Below, in pieces: positions 45,819 to 56,705 of a stretch of DNA of 64,000 bases; position 1 is the stretch's first letter, and each line of letters begins with the position of its first letter. The position numbers were made by a program, and so were the translations under genes. The notes below the pieces were generated by a model. It was not told the origin of the DNA and made no database searches. It saw nothing but the letters and a program-made list of their open reading frames with translations. Origin of the DNA: Amoeboaphelidium occidentale (lineage: Eukaryota); assembly GCA_023515795.1 (NCBI GenBank), contig JALGPX010000014.1, forward strand, positions 248,001 through 312,000, read 5' to 3'.

Positions 45819-48620
45819 TTACTTTATTTCTTCAAGGACAGGGAAAGATATCACAGAATCATCTTCGTGAACATATTGAGTTCCAGAATAATGATTGTCG
45901 CTTTTTAATTCTTCAAATTCTCTTCGAAGCTTTCTGATAAAATCATTCTTTCGCTCAAGCTGCGTCTTGTACTTTTTGTATTCAGCAGTCAATTTTAAGT
46001 TGTATGATTGCAAAGACTTTTCTCTGTCATGTATCTTCGTTTCTAACTCCAAAACTCTGTTGAAGATTGTTTCCCATGCTAAAACAACTTCAGCAGAATT
46101 TTCATCTCTCGATGACATCGTCTTGTATAATTGAAGTTGCTTCTTCAAGTCAGAGTTATCCTTTTCTAGATCCGAATTCAGCTTGTTTAGAGCTTCTCTT
46201 TTAGCCTCGTAATCTCTCTTGTTTTCTAACTCCGAGTCTAATCGCTCTTGCAACTCAAAACATTTAAATTTGAACTCATTTAGTTTGGTTTCAGCTGAAG
46301 CAACAGCCCGCTCCATTTTAAGGCTTACTTCTGAACTGTTTGCAATCAATTTTTTGTATTCTTTCAACTGCGCCAGATATTGCGAATTCAATGATTCAAG
46401 AGTTGGAAGTTTATCTGCTAGGTGCTCATTTTCTGCTTTCAGCGAAATTTCTCTTATCTGTATTTGCTTGTTTGATCTCTCAAGGGATAAGTTACGATCC
46501 TGTAGCAATTTAACTTGTTGGTCAAGTTGCTTTAATCTGCTATTCTCCAGCTCCAATTCTTTCAAGTTGGTTACAAGCTTCGAATTGTGTGAGGACAGTC
46601 TTGCTACTTCATCATTCAGGTCGGTTACCTTCTTCATAGAACCGCTAACACTGTTACCAACATCCTTGCGATGAGTCCTGAGCTGGTCCTGTAAACTAGC
46701 ATTTTCTTTGCGAGCGTCGTATAGCATCGATGTGAGTCTATCAATTTGTTTACTTTGCTCTTCCAAATCGAACTTCAAAGAACTGTCATCATGAAGAGAA
46801 ATCTGATTTAAAGTGTTATCTCCTAGTTTACTCTCCAAAAATGCAACCTTTTCTTTCAGTCTCCTTTGAGAAATATCTGAATCTTTAATTCGATCTTTGT
46901 ACTCTGCCTCCAATATCTTCAAATCTTTCAATTCAACCGAAAGCTTTTCATTCAATTCATTCAACAATTTGTTTTCTTTTTCCAACTGTTCAACTTGCTT
47001 ATTGGCTGAATTAGGTTCTTCCATTTTCCCTCTTGTTGTTGGAGAAGTAAATCTGCCCTTGAATATTGGAATGTTGGTTCTAAACGCCGTTTTGCTTTGG
47101 TTGATTTGGGTTTTCAAGGATTCTATCTGTCTTTTCAGTTCCAGTTTCTCAAGGCGGAATAGTTCTCTTTGCTTGTTGAAAGACTTTTTTGTTTCCTCTT
47201 CTAAAGATACTCTCAGCTCCGCTTCAATGTTTTTTCGCAGAATTCTCTCTAGATTAGCTTTAATTTCCTCTACATCAGGAACTGTTTCAAGTACAGAGCG
47301 TTCATTTACATGTCTATCATTCTTGGGGCGATTAAGCTCTCTGTTCATGTCGAGTTTTGTTTTCTCCCAAGCGATTTTCTCCTGCTTATGGTTATCTTGT
47401 ATCTCTTTTAGCTGCTTGACAAGTCGCTGATTTTCAGCCTGAAACCCGTTGATGAGCCTTTCTTGTTCTTCAACCAAGTCGTTCAGTCTTTTGGTTTCGC
47501 CATCGGAAGGCGCGCTAACATCCTTTGTGGAGGAATCAATTCCTTTAGATCGAACAGGTAAAACGATTGATTTCTTCAGATCTTCAGTTTCTGCAAGTAA
47601 GATCTTATTTTCTTCAAACATTTTCGAATACTTCTCCTTCAGCTCGTATAACTCTACTTTTGTTTTGTCAAACTCTGACTTTGTTTCATCGTATTTACTC
47701 TGCATAAATTCAAGTTCTCTTCTGGCCATTTCAACCTCATCTCCAACGCCTCCGCGCGATGGCTTCGTCCTTTTCTTTACTTGATTATTTCCATCGTTGG
47801 CAGTTGGAGATTTCACAGTTTTGTTTCTAGCATTTTTCGACGCAGATGCAGCCAAATCGCGAACAAAGTTGGTATCAGTTACATCCAAACTTGTCTCGAT
47901 GTCATCTAAACTTGATCTGATGCTTTCAAGTTCAATTTCAAAATCAGGCTCCGTTTCCTGGACTTGAGGTTCAATCGGAACAGTTCTTGTTGTTTCACCA
48001 ATACGTTCTACCGTCGGAACTTTCTGGTCAACATTTTCTTTTATCGGAGGTATTTCCCTTGAGGAAAACGAGGTGCCTAGAATATCTGGTTTGACTTTTT
48101 CAAATGCTTCATCATTCTTTAACTCAAATTTCTGTACAGGATCATCTCTTGAACTGTTCTCTGTTGTTTCTGGGTGCACAGATTCTTCAACAAAATCATC
48201 GGCGTAAGTTGTGTCCAGGTCTGTTTCAACTTGTTCTGTCTTCACAGGTGCAGCTATATCAACCTTTACGTCTATGCCGTTTGAGCTTTGGCTTCTAGAC
48301 CTTGTAGGAGTAGAGAAACTGTCGTAAAACTGTTCATCCAAAGATTCATGAGAAGCATCCTGCCCTTTTACTTGCATCATAGTGCTTAAAGTCTTTTGTG
48401 GGAGTTCTTCTCTATCTCCTGCCTTTTTTATCCACTGGTCACCAGAGGTATCGAATTCTTTGAGTATCGGGGAAATATCTTCCGGATCGCTTTGCTTAGC
48501 GAGCTCTTCCTTCTCTTCAACACTCTCAGCACTATTCTCCTTCCCACTGGCTGAGTCCTCAAGAAAAGTATCCAAATCATCCAGGCCTTCCAAAACTTTG
48601 AGGCTACTCTTTGAAGTCAT
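45819..48620 (-). CDS. Long coiled-coil protein, CEP162-like
   Basis: Acidic N-terminus; EQERLINGFQAENQRL and C-terminal KNDFIRKLRREFEEL resemble conserved CEP162 blocks. Confidence 0.6.
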   Translation of the reverse strand: MTSKSSLKVLEGLDDLDTFLEDSASGKENSAESVEEKEELAKQSDPEDISPILKEFDTSGDQWIKKAGDREELPQKTLSTMMQVKGQDASHESLDEQFYDSFSTPTRSRSQSSNGIDVKVDIAAPVKTEQVETDLDTTYADDFVEESVHPETTENSSRDDPVQKFELKNDEAFEKVKPDILGTSFSSREIPPIKENVDQKVPTVERIGETTRTVPIEPQVQETEPDFEIELESIRSSLDDIETSLDVTDTNFVRDLAASASKNARNKTVKSPTANDGNNQVKKRTKPSRGGVGDEVEMARRELEFMQSKYDETKSEFDKTKVELYELKEKYSKMFEENKILLAETEDLKKSIVLPVRSKGIDSSTKDVSAPSDGETKRLNDLVEEQERLINGFQAENQRLVKQLKEIQDNHKQEKIAWEKTKLDMNRELNRPKNDRHVNERSVLETVPDVEEIKANLERILRKNIEAELRVSLEEETKKSFNKQRELFRLEKLELKRQIESLKTQINQSKTAFRTNIPIFKGRFTSPTTRGKMEEPNSANKQVEQLEKENKLLNELNEKLSVELKDLKILEAEYKDRIKDSDISQRRLKEKVAFLESKLGDNTLNQISLHDDSSLKFDLEEQSKQIDRLTSMLYDARKENASLQDQLRTHRKDVGNSVSGSMKKVTDLNDEVARLSSHNSKLVTNLKELELENSRLKQLDQQVKLLQDRNLSLERSNKQIQIREISLKAENEHLADKLPTLESLNSQYLAQLKEYKKLIANSSEVSLKMERAVASAETKLNEFKFKCFELQERLDSELENKRDYEAKREALNKLNSDLEKDNSDLKKQLQLYKTMSSRDENSAEVVLAWETIFNRVLELETKIHDREKSLQSYNLKLTAEYKKYKTQLERKNDFIRKLRREFEELKSDNHYSGTQYVHEDDSVISFPVLEEIK

Positions 48621-48680
48621 TTGATGTTTACAGAAGTTTGTTGCTTGATCGCGAAAAAGGAAAAGCTATTATATTGTTGC

Positions 48681-49544
48681 TTACTCGAATGCAGCGGAGG
48701 CCTGACTATTAGCATAGCGAGCGTAATGAGAAACTGTCGAAGCTTTTGATGCACCTTTCTTTGAAGTTGATGCAGCTGCGCTCGAGCTGAAATCATGAGT
48801 AGCCATCTCGACAATGTTACGGAAAGCAATGTAAGAGAATGCAGCACAACCAAGAATAAAAAAGTCAACGCATGCGCCACGGATCCTTAAATCGTCCAAA
48901 AACACTTGCCACATAAATAAACTTGCAATGATACCACACAGCAACTCAACGAATAGGAACACAGATATTCTCAAAAAAGCAGCCTTAAGATTGCGAATAA
49001 AATCACCATCCAACTGCTCCGAATGGGAGTTCTTCTTGCTAATGTATACAATCATTGTACAAATGAATAATGCGCCGACATCACCTAAACCTACAAACAG
49101 GTACAAAAAGAACCAGATGATTCTTGAACTGATGTCATTTTCAGGCAAACTCGATCCCTGAACTCCAGGAGACAATATCACTACAATGTATGCAATGATA
49201 GTCCCAAAAATGCTAGCTAAAATGGCGTAATTGATGTAAATCAACTTCGTGTTGGCTTGAAACAGTCTCAGTCTGTGCGAGACCGTGTACTCGTAATACA
49301 AGATTGTGATCACCCATATGATCTCGCCGATAGAACGAAGCCTCATGTACTCAGCATCATCTGCTTGATAGATCTGAGTGAAGCACTTGAAGACGTTCGT
49401 GGTCAGGATCATGAACACCCAGCTGAACATCCCTATCAAGAACCACGATGTTCTGTTCTTCATCAAGAAGAGTGCATAAGCGTTCAAGCCTAAGCACCCA
49501 ACTACAGTGAGTACTGCCATAACCATAGCTACAGTGTTGGTCAT
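48681..49544 (-). CDS. Multi-pass (6-7 TM) membrane protein, receptor-like
   Basis: Six to seven hydrophobic helices and a Ser-rich cytoplasmic-type tail; 287 aa, intronless. Confidence 0.7.
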   Translation of the reverse strand: MTNTVAMVMAVLTVVGCLGLNAYALFLMKNRTSWFLIGMFSWVFMILTTNVFKCFTQIYQADDAEYMRLRSIGEIIWVITILYYEYTVSHRLRLFQANTKLIYINYAILASIFGTIIAYIVVILSPGVQGSSLPENDISSRIIWFFLYLFVGLGDVGALFICTMIVYISKKNSHSEQLDGDFIRNLKAAFLRISVFLFVELLCGIIASLFMWQVFLDDLRIRGACVDFFILGCAAFSYIAFRNIVEMATHDFSSSAAASTSKKGASKASTVSHYARYANSQASAAFE

Positions 49545-50093
49545 TCTTCGTGATAATTTTGGGACTCAGCCAATCTATTATTAAAATGTAGTTCGTCACT
49601 TATTATCTTTGGATAATTTTAGCTGCTGCAGCCGAAGTAATCGCAGATTTACTCATTAAAGTATCTGCTTACTCGGCTAAACCTTAATCTTCCATTCTTT
49701 TGAGCGAAATTGCGCCATTTACAGTTGCATGCCAGTGATTTAATGCGACCATGTAGCGTTTTCTCTAGAGTCTCTCCACCATTTATTGTTACGCAGTCCT
49801 TCTTTTTGTATCCGCGTAGTTAATTCTAGAGTTTAAACTTCAGCTCTCGGCCCTTCGCTGCCGTCGATCATGTAGATAGCGATCTCGCGCTAGCAGCCTG
49901 GATCTCAGTTCCAACATAATGCCAAACCGCAACTTGTTCAGAATTGCAGAAGCAATTATTCGAAGTTAGAACGTCATGTCATGCTGCTACGTCAAAATGC
50001 TGGGCTTTTCTAACGTAGTTTTGCAAATTGTCAGTCGCTTAATCCTGATTGATTCGTCCAACATCACTCGCCGAGAATGATAGTATTCACAAA

Positions 50094-51299
50094 ATGTTAG
50101 TGGATCCTACACAGACATTAAGCGAGCGCGTAACATCATCCCCTTTGAAGCTCGCGGCTGAGCCATCGAAACGCAAGGCTAGCAGGAAGTTCAATAATGA
50201 GTTGAAACAAGATGGCGTTACCATTGATGACCCTTTGCTGGACAAGACCAAAATACACGAGCAAGGCCTTGATACTCTGTGGTATCGTGTAACTCCGGAG
50301 GATAACCAAAAGTTCTTATGGACCAATGGTATTATGTATGCATTGATGTTTCCCATATATTTTCTAATTGGGTTGGTTTGTACACTGTGCTTCCCGCGAA
50401 AAGCTCCGACTGATAAGGAAATGATAAACATGATATGCAACAGTTTATTATGCTTACAAGTTTCCGAAGGAACAAAATCAAAATACTGTTTGAACTTCAC
50501 CAAAACCTTTCTGCATACACGCGATGGCGAACCTATTGATTCTATGAAGGTGGACTTCGACGATGATCAAATCGTTTCATGTGAAGTTAATGGTAAACCA
50601 GAAACCGATCGTTCACTTATCATGGGATATCTCTTCGTCATTCATGTTGGGTCTAATCATACGAAAGTTCATGTCGTAAGCGCGAATCTAATGAAATACT
50701 TTGAAAGTATAAAGGAACGAAACGATCCTGAAGCTTATGCTGTGAAACAGAATTTGTTTCCAGAGGTTTTGAATACTACTAATAAGTTACATCACACTTT
50801 GTTGAATTCTCCATGCTCGCCTCTTTCCAACGAGCGCCCTTGGTTATTGTACTACATAACAAGCAAAGAGGCCCTTCTTGCTGAAACAGGTAATTGGACA
50901 TACTTTACTCATTCTGGTTTAAATACCATGAAGAATACCAAGTTGATTAAATTCTTGGAAAGATCTCGACGTGTTATGCGTGAAGAACTGCACAGAATCG
51001 GGCTAGTCCACTTGACTGAACCACTATTCACGCATACCGTTCTACATTCTCTTGATCACATCGAGTTTGGAAAACAAATTTTGCCGTTGCAGTTCTCTAT
51101 CGGAGTTAAAGGGACATCTTTGTGTGATTATATTGGTGCTGAGATATTCAAGCGTCAATTTGTTGAGCCTATTCTGTTTCCCTTTAACACAAACTTTATC
51201 AAAGAGGGCAAATCTGAATTTTGGAAGCGACTATATTCTCGTCTTAGCGAGTTGGATGCTGAATGGGCATCTGAGATCAACTGCAGCATAATGTACTAG
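50094..51299 (+). CDS. Uncharacterised His-motif protein with N-terminal TM segment (possible non-heme metal enzyme)
   Basis: ~400-aa ORF; HVGSNHTKVH and HTVLHSLDH motifs; hydrophobic helix near the N-terminus. Confidence 0.65.
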   Translation: MLVDPTQTLSERVTSSPLKLAAEPSKRKASRKFNNELKQDGVTIDDPLLDKTKIHEQGLDTLWYRVTPEDNQKFLWTNGIMYALMFPIYFLIGLVCTLCFPRKAPTDKEMINMICNSLLCLQVSEGTKSKYCLNFTKTFLHTRDGEPIDSMKVDFDDDQIVSCEVNGKPETDRSLIMGYLFVIHVGSNHTKVHVVSANLMKYFESIKERNDPEAYAVKQNLFPEVLNTTNKLHHTLLNSPCSPLSNERPWLLYYITSKEALLAETGNWTYFTHSGLNTMKNTKLIKFLERSRRVMREELHRIGLVHLTEPLFTHTVLHSLDHIEFGKQILPLQFSIGVKGTSLCDYIGAEIFKRQFVEPILFPFNTNFIKEGKSEFWKRLYSRLSELDAEWASEINCSIMY

Positions 51300-51341
51300 G
51301 CTGGAATAGTAAATCAATAAATTTAATCAATACGTATCTAT

Positions 51342-54300
51342 TCACTGTTGAATGTTACCTCCTGCTGACGAGGCGGGTGGTCTATAAAGTTCCGGAAGCA
51401 CGCTTAGTTGAAAGCTATTGAAAGCAAATTTTCCTTTCACATTCGTCGAAGCCAATGTCTCCTCGTCAAAAACATTTCGTTCCGCATTTCTCAGTCGAGT
51501 GCCTTCTTCTCCTCTTAAGCAATTCAATAAACTCTTAAATAAGGATTCATGCAAGTGGCACACTTTAGCTGGATCCTGATTTTCATCTTGTAGACTAGAC
51601 GAATTGAAGCTTGATGAGCTATAACTTCGAAGAACGTCTGATGAAGATCCCTTGACGCTTCCACCCTCGTTAAAACTCGATGAATAACTAAACCAACTAA
51701 GACGGTTGCTTTTTGATCTTTGGAGAGATTGTTGCTTCTCGTTTTCCATCGATACAAGGTCCTTAACTTGAATAGAAATGCTGGCGGGAAACCGAACCGA
51801 CATTGTTTGTTCAAGAGTAACACTCATGGATGTTCGGTCTTTTGCAGATTTACAACTAGTGAATCTTGAACAGAATGGTGTCGTCGGATAGAAATTTTTG
51901 TCCTTGTTCTTGTTGTTATCATTGACTGGAGATAAAACATTAAGCTGTGAAAGAACACGAACAAAGCTTTCAGTCATAAACAAAATCGTTGTATCTTTAC
52001 GATTAATCTTTGAGATTCTCTTATAGTAAGTTGACATTTCTGCTAAGAGATCATCCAAAGATCGTATAAGCTCTGAAGGAAATGACATTCCGCCATCGTG
52101 AGAATTAACCATGCTCTTGACATATTCTTTGAAGTTGCAATAGTATTTTTCTAGTGATTGAATGCCTTTGATGTTTATGTTATGCTGAATGATAGCGTCT
52201 CCTTTCCAATAAGCAAGAACTTGTTGTTCATTCAACCCCTGAGTAAAGAATAGCGGAAGTATCTTGATGAAGCGATTCTGTTTTCCTGATGGAATTGTGC
52301 CGTAGAACTTTTCAGGAATACCAACTGATATCAACAAGCCACCTTTATCTGTCCTGGAGAATTTAAATAAATCTTGGTTTGCGCTGGATAAGAAATGACC
52401 TTTAACAGGAGTAAATGGATGAACTTTCAAACGAATGCCTTTTAGACTCTCCACAGTTGAGTAGAAATCAATCAACATATTCTTTTCATCACCAAAAGCA
52501 CTAAGAAGACATTCAAAGGAGCACAAATAACCAACTTCAAATAAACATTTCCAAAAACAGTAGTCGCTTTGCTTTACATGAAACTTGTCTAATCGGGTCG
52601 GAGAATCGAAGTAACTTTTTAACAAGCCGATGAAACCTGTCGCCACAGCTCCCAGTAACTGAGACATGCAAGAGTCTAATTTCTTTCTAATCACTAGACT
52701 ACTGTCATATTTCATCTTTCTGAGATATGAGTCAATATCGGTAGTTGCTGTTCTCAGAGCCAAGTCCAGAGAGTCTTCAAGATTAGACACGCACATTGAT
52801 AAATCGTCAATCTCTTTTGGCCATAGTTTAAGAACTCGATCTAGCTCTGTTTTCATGTCGGGTATTATCGTGTTGTTAATATCTGAAATGAAATCATTTG
52901 AGTCTATCTTGAAACCATTCTTTCCAAAGATAGACTTGTAACTCTGGAGTTTGGTGACACATTCATGACCAAAAGATAGAAGCCCATCACATATTTTTTG
53001 AAGATCATCCTTTGTGCATTCTTCTGAATGAGACATCAAAGCCTCTAAAAGTTCTTTGCTCTCTTTAAAAAACAGAGCGTTATCGTTGAGAAGATTTATC
53101 ATTTCGCCTTTCATCTCATAAAATCTTAAAACAAGATCTTCTTTACCTCTTGACTCTTTTGTAACGGAATTAGAACTATGAACACTAGTACATGCGCCAA
53201 ATGTTGTGACAGTTAAACAATTTTTCAGGTGGCTATTTACATAATGAAATTCGTGTGAGCAACAGTTGATTGTAATCCAGTCCAGCTCTGCATTCTTCTT
53301 TTCTGAACTTTTCCGTAAATAACATTCTCTGTTCGAATAAGTGTTTATAACGTTTCTCAGAGTCTGTTTGTAATAATCCAGAATTTCTTGGTCTGGTTCT
53401 CCTTCATGCGGCATCTCAGAAGAACCAAGAAGAAAACGTAAATAAGAAACAGCAACCATCACTGGATAAAAGCTTTCATAACACCTGTCTAATACTCTTA
53501 TGCTGTGATGATTACTATCTGGTAAAGTGTATGTGTTTTCATAGAAAACTGGTTTAGTAAAATCATCCAGGCCAAGCTTACGCTCAACATTCTCCAAAGA
53601 AGACATCATTCTAATCGCAATATTAAGCTCTCCTACAATGGAGCCATCTTCTGGATGAAACAAATTCATCGTCATCATCTTGTTTGTGTTTTTCTTTGTT
53701 AGCTTGTGAATGCTTTGGTTAATGTTGAGCAATTGATGAAGAGAGCACTCAACAAAAGCGATGATTTCTTCTTTGCGGTGTGAGTTATCACGATGCATCA
53801 CTTCAATTCTGTAGTTACTATCTTTGTTTTCGATTCCCACTGGTGTACAGAATGTGGAAAAGAACTCCGCATGGTAAGTGTTCTGTATATCCTCCGCTTC
53901 AGTTATTTTCAAATCATCCCAGATATCTGTGAACTCATCCGCGCTACTGTGCTTTCTGATTTTTAATTGTATCATAAATTGATCATCTGATAAAGACCCA
54001 CTTCCTAACGTGAACGATCTTGATAAGCTCCGTACCAAGCTTTTTGGTCGTGCTTTCTCGTCCAATTCATCCACGTATTCATTATGTAGCCTGCAGGAAA
54101 ATCCAAGCTCAATGCTGTTCTGAGGGTCAGGGATATTTACAGGCTTATGCACAGAATCCTCGTGTTTATCTTCTTTTAGAGGCAATTGCTCTTCAAGGTT
54201 TAACTGTTCAAGATTCTCCTTGTTACCATCAGCAACATCCTCTGGCAACATAAGAGGTGATTCTTCTAGCACGGGCGCAGGGATCTCTTCATCTAAAGCA

Positions 54301-54908
54301 AAAGGAACAGGAGGCGATGGAGGACTAACTAGCTGCTTCTCTATAAACCTTTCCATGACAGGAGCAGTTATTCTCCGAGGCATAACTCCGTGCGTTTTAG
54401 AAAGAACATTTTCAGAAGCCTTTAACATTTCCAGCTCCAACAGAAGCTCTTTAATAGTCTGTTCGCGTTGCTGTAACTTATTCCACAGCTTTTCAACAAC
54501 ACTTCGCGTCCTTCTAATTAAGCTTAGTGATACAGCCTTAATCCACTCGTCGTAAACATTCTGATCTAGGCACGCTAACACATAATCGACTTCTCCAAAC
54601 TGATTTACGAGCTGAAATTCATAGTAACCATTTAAAGCATTGTAATTGCTGCCTTCTACGCGGTATCCTTCAAGTAGTATAAAATGTTCAAGCTTTTGTC
54701 CAATAAACAGAAAGAGCATATTTCCTTTCAGTATCGCCACGTACTCTTGCAAACTTCCAGGGCTCTCATTGGACTCGCTTCTACGCTCTATAAGACATAA
54801 GACATCTTTCTTTTCCACGTGTTCCTCTGACGAGCCAAACGCAGCAATCGCCGCAACGTTGGATCGCATTAGCAAAAGCGAAAAACCAGCTGACTGAAGG
54901 CTCAGCAT
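51342..54908 (-). CDS. INPP4: Inositol polyphosphate 4-phosphatase (type I/II family) with PH- and C2-like N-terminal domains; start unresolved
   Basis: Catalytic RFTSCKSAKDRTSMSVTLEQ, LFFTQGLNEQQ, FECLLSAFGDE, FAFN..LPELYRPP; PH-like LKGNMLFLF..DEWIKAV. Confidence 0.9.
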   Translation of the reverse strand: MLSLQSAGFSLLLMRSNVAAIAAFGSSEEHVEKKDVLCLIERRSESNESPGSLQEYVAILKGNMLFLFIGQKLEHFILLEGYRVEGSNYNALNGYYEFQLVNQFGEVDYVLACLDQNVYDEWIKAVSLSLIRRTRSVVEKLWNKLQQREQTIKELLLELEMLKASENVLSKTHGVMPRRITAPVMERFIEKQLVSPPSPPVPFALDEEIPAPVLEESPLMLPEDVADGNKENLEQLNLEEQLPLKEDKHEDSVHKPVNIPDPQNSIELGFSCRLHNEYVDELDEKARPKSLVRSLSRSFTLGSGSLSDDQFMIQLKIRKHSSADEFTDIWDDLKITEAEDIQNTYHAEFFSTFCTPVGIENKDSNYRIEVMHRDNSHRKEEIIAFVECSLHQLLNINQSIHKLTKKNTNKMMTMNLFHPEDGSIVGELNIAIRMMSSLENVERKLGLDDFTKPVFYENTYTLPDSNHHSIRVLDRCYESFYPVMVAVSYLRFLLGSSEMPHEGEPDQEILDYYKQTLRNVINTYSNRECYLRKSSEKKNAELDWITINCCSHEFHYVNSHLKNCLTVTTFGACTSVHSSNSVTKESRGKEDLVLRFYEMKGEMINLLNDNALFFKESKELLEALMSHSEECTKDDLQKICDGLLSFGHECVTKLQSYKSIFGKNGFKIDSNDFISDINNTIIPDMKTELDRVLKLWPKEIDDLSMCVSNLEDSLDLALRTATTDIDSYLRKMKYDSSLVIRKKLDSCMSQLLGAVATGFIGLLKSYFDSPTRLDKFHVKQSDYCFWKCLFEVGYLCSFECLLSAFGDEKNMLIDFYSTVESLKGIRLKVHPFTPVKGHFLSSANQDLFKFSRTDKGGLLISVGIPEKFYGTIPSGKQNRFIKILPLFFTQGLNEQQVLAYWKGDAIIQHNINIKGIQSLEKYYCNFKEYVKSMVNSHDGGMSFPSELIRSLDDLLAEMSTYYKRISKINRKDTTILFMTESFVRVLSQLNVLSPVNDNNKNKDKNFYPTTPFCSRFTSCKSAKDRTSMSVTLEQTMSVRFPASISIQVKDLVSMENEKQQSLQRSKSNRLSWFSYSSSFNEGGSVKGSSSDVLRSYSSSSFNSSSLQDENQDPAKVCHLHESLFKSLLNCLRGEEGTRLRNAERNVFDEETLASTNVKGKFAFNSFQLSVLPELYRPPASSAGGNIQQ

Positions 54909-55152
54909 GATGCACACTGAGCCGAACCGTGTAAGAAGCCTGGGAAATGGAAAATTGGTCCTGTTGAGCTACGTTTCGTTGTCCTGTTAATTCTGCGGAG
55001 ATGCCTTGTAGTGTTCTACATGATCGCATTTGCTTCAGGCATTATAAGACCATTATCAGACCGCTATGATACTAAATAGTTTCGAGATACTAAGTAGCCT
55101 CGAAGCTACCAAAATGTCGCTTCATCCCTGTGGTTTTCTTGTTGCGCACGAT

Positions 55153-56670
55153 ATGAAACAAGTTTTGTTGCTTGCTCTTGCAGTCGTATTTCTAGCTGGC
55201 AGCTCCCAGCAGTACAACCTTGTGGATAAAATGAACTCTGCTTACGATGACATCATCAAGAAGATTATAAATTACGATCATTTACTAAAGAGCACCTCAC
55301 CAAAGAAGGTCAAGCTTCATGCAAACCAAATCCAACAACAGCTGAGGCAACAGCAGAAGACGAATACACTGAAACCATCGCAATTTGATAGTCGATTTAT
55401 TGAAGCATTCTTTTCTAATTACGCATTCAACTCTGATGGCAGCAGGTCTGCTTTGGCGTCTGAAGATTCAATGCTGTGGAGAGACTTTGTCCCACAAATT
55501 CTTAATAATCGAGACTTGCTTCATTCGCTGCCGGAGAATTACATTTCTGCATTGGCTGAAGTTCTTTCCGTGGATGACGCTCCTTTGAATTCTTTGCAGA
55601 AGAGGAGCGCATTGGCAGCATTTAATGAAACTGGCCCCACGATTGAACTTCCTCAAACACAAACTTCAGCGAACTGTTCAAACGTCGGCTATGAACGAAG
55701 AGTTGTAGAAGAAGCGTATAATTGCAGTGGGACTATTGTCAGCAAACAGAAATTCAAAGAGTCTCCTGAATATTACACTTGTGATCAATGCAGTGCTCCA
55801 GGTGGAACATCTTCTCCTCTTCCAGAACCTACCAGTATACCCGTAGACGAGGGAGTAAATGCAACCTGTCTGGCTACTTGTTGTACTGAAACTGCTCCTA
55901 TTGAAGTGAGTGTTTGTGAATGTCCTGCTGATCGTTCTGGATCATCTTGTCAAACAGCGGCTCGTTTGGATTGCACCGTTGCAATTGAACCAAAGTACGA
56001 CTGTGACTCATCTGTGGTATTGTCTTATGAAGATGCTAAAGAATGTCCCGTGTTCGATCGAAACACAGACAAGTTTATTCGGACTTATGGAATCAAGTGT
56101 AAATCCAGCCAGGCAGATTTAGGTCCATTGGGAAACTTCACTTATGTTTACAATTCATCTGATGTAAATTTTAAGATTGACAATCTTAGTCTAATTTATT
56201 AGCTCGTACTCACTACTATTCCAAACTTGTTCCTCTTTGTGCATCTGGCAGACTTTCATCAACTGTGGGACAACATGCAAACTGCGGTGCTAGGACCACT
56301 CCAACCAGTACACCTCAACGGCTCAAGAACACTTTCGATAATTGCAAACATGACAGAAATTAATAGCCTTCGTGTGCCTTTCAAAATCGATTACACAGTC
56401 GGGAGTAGAATGTATTTTGAATCATGGATATTTGCTGCACCGACACAAGAACCTTCAAACCCTGTTATAGAATTTGTTAGGATCCCAACCAAGAATGTCT
56501 TTCTGAATTTAACTCCAGAGCAGAATAATTCATGGATGCCTCAGAGTTGGTCTGCTGGCGTATGGTTTGCAATCGCTCTATCCATTGTTTTCGTTGTAAT
56601 TGTGGTTCCTGTCACTATTTGGTACTTTTGGGTATGGAAACCAAATTCTTTGAAGTCAAAAATTGAATAA
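55153..56670 (+). CDS. Type I membrane glycoprotein with Cys-rich/EGF-like ectodomain
   Basis: Signal peptide MKQVLLLALAVVFLAG, dibasic LQKR site, CECPADRSGSSC EGF-like motif, C-terminal TM helix; intron 56164-56202 joins the ORFs in frame. Confidence 0.75.
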
Positions 56671-56705
56671 ATATCAATATGCATGGGTATTAATTTTTCC
56701 AAAGA

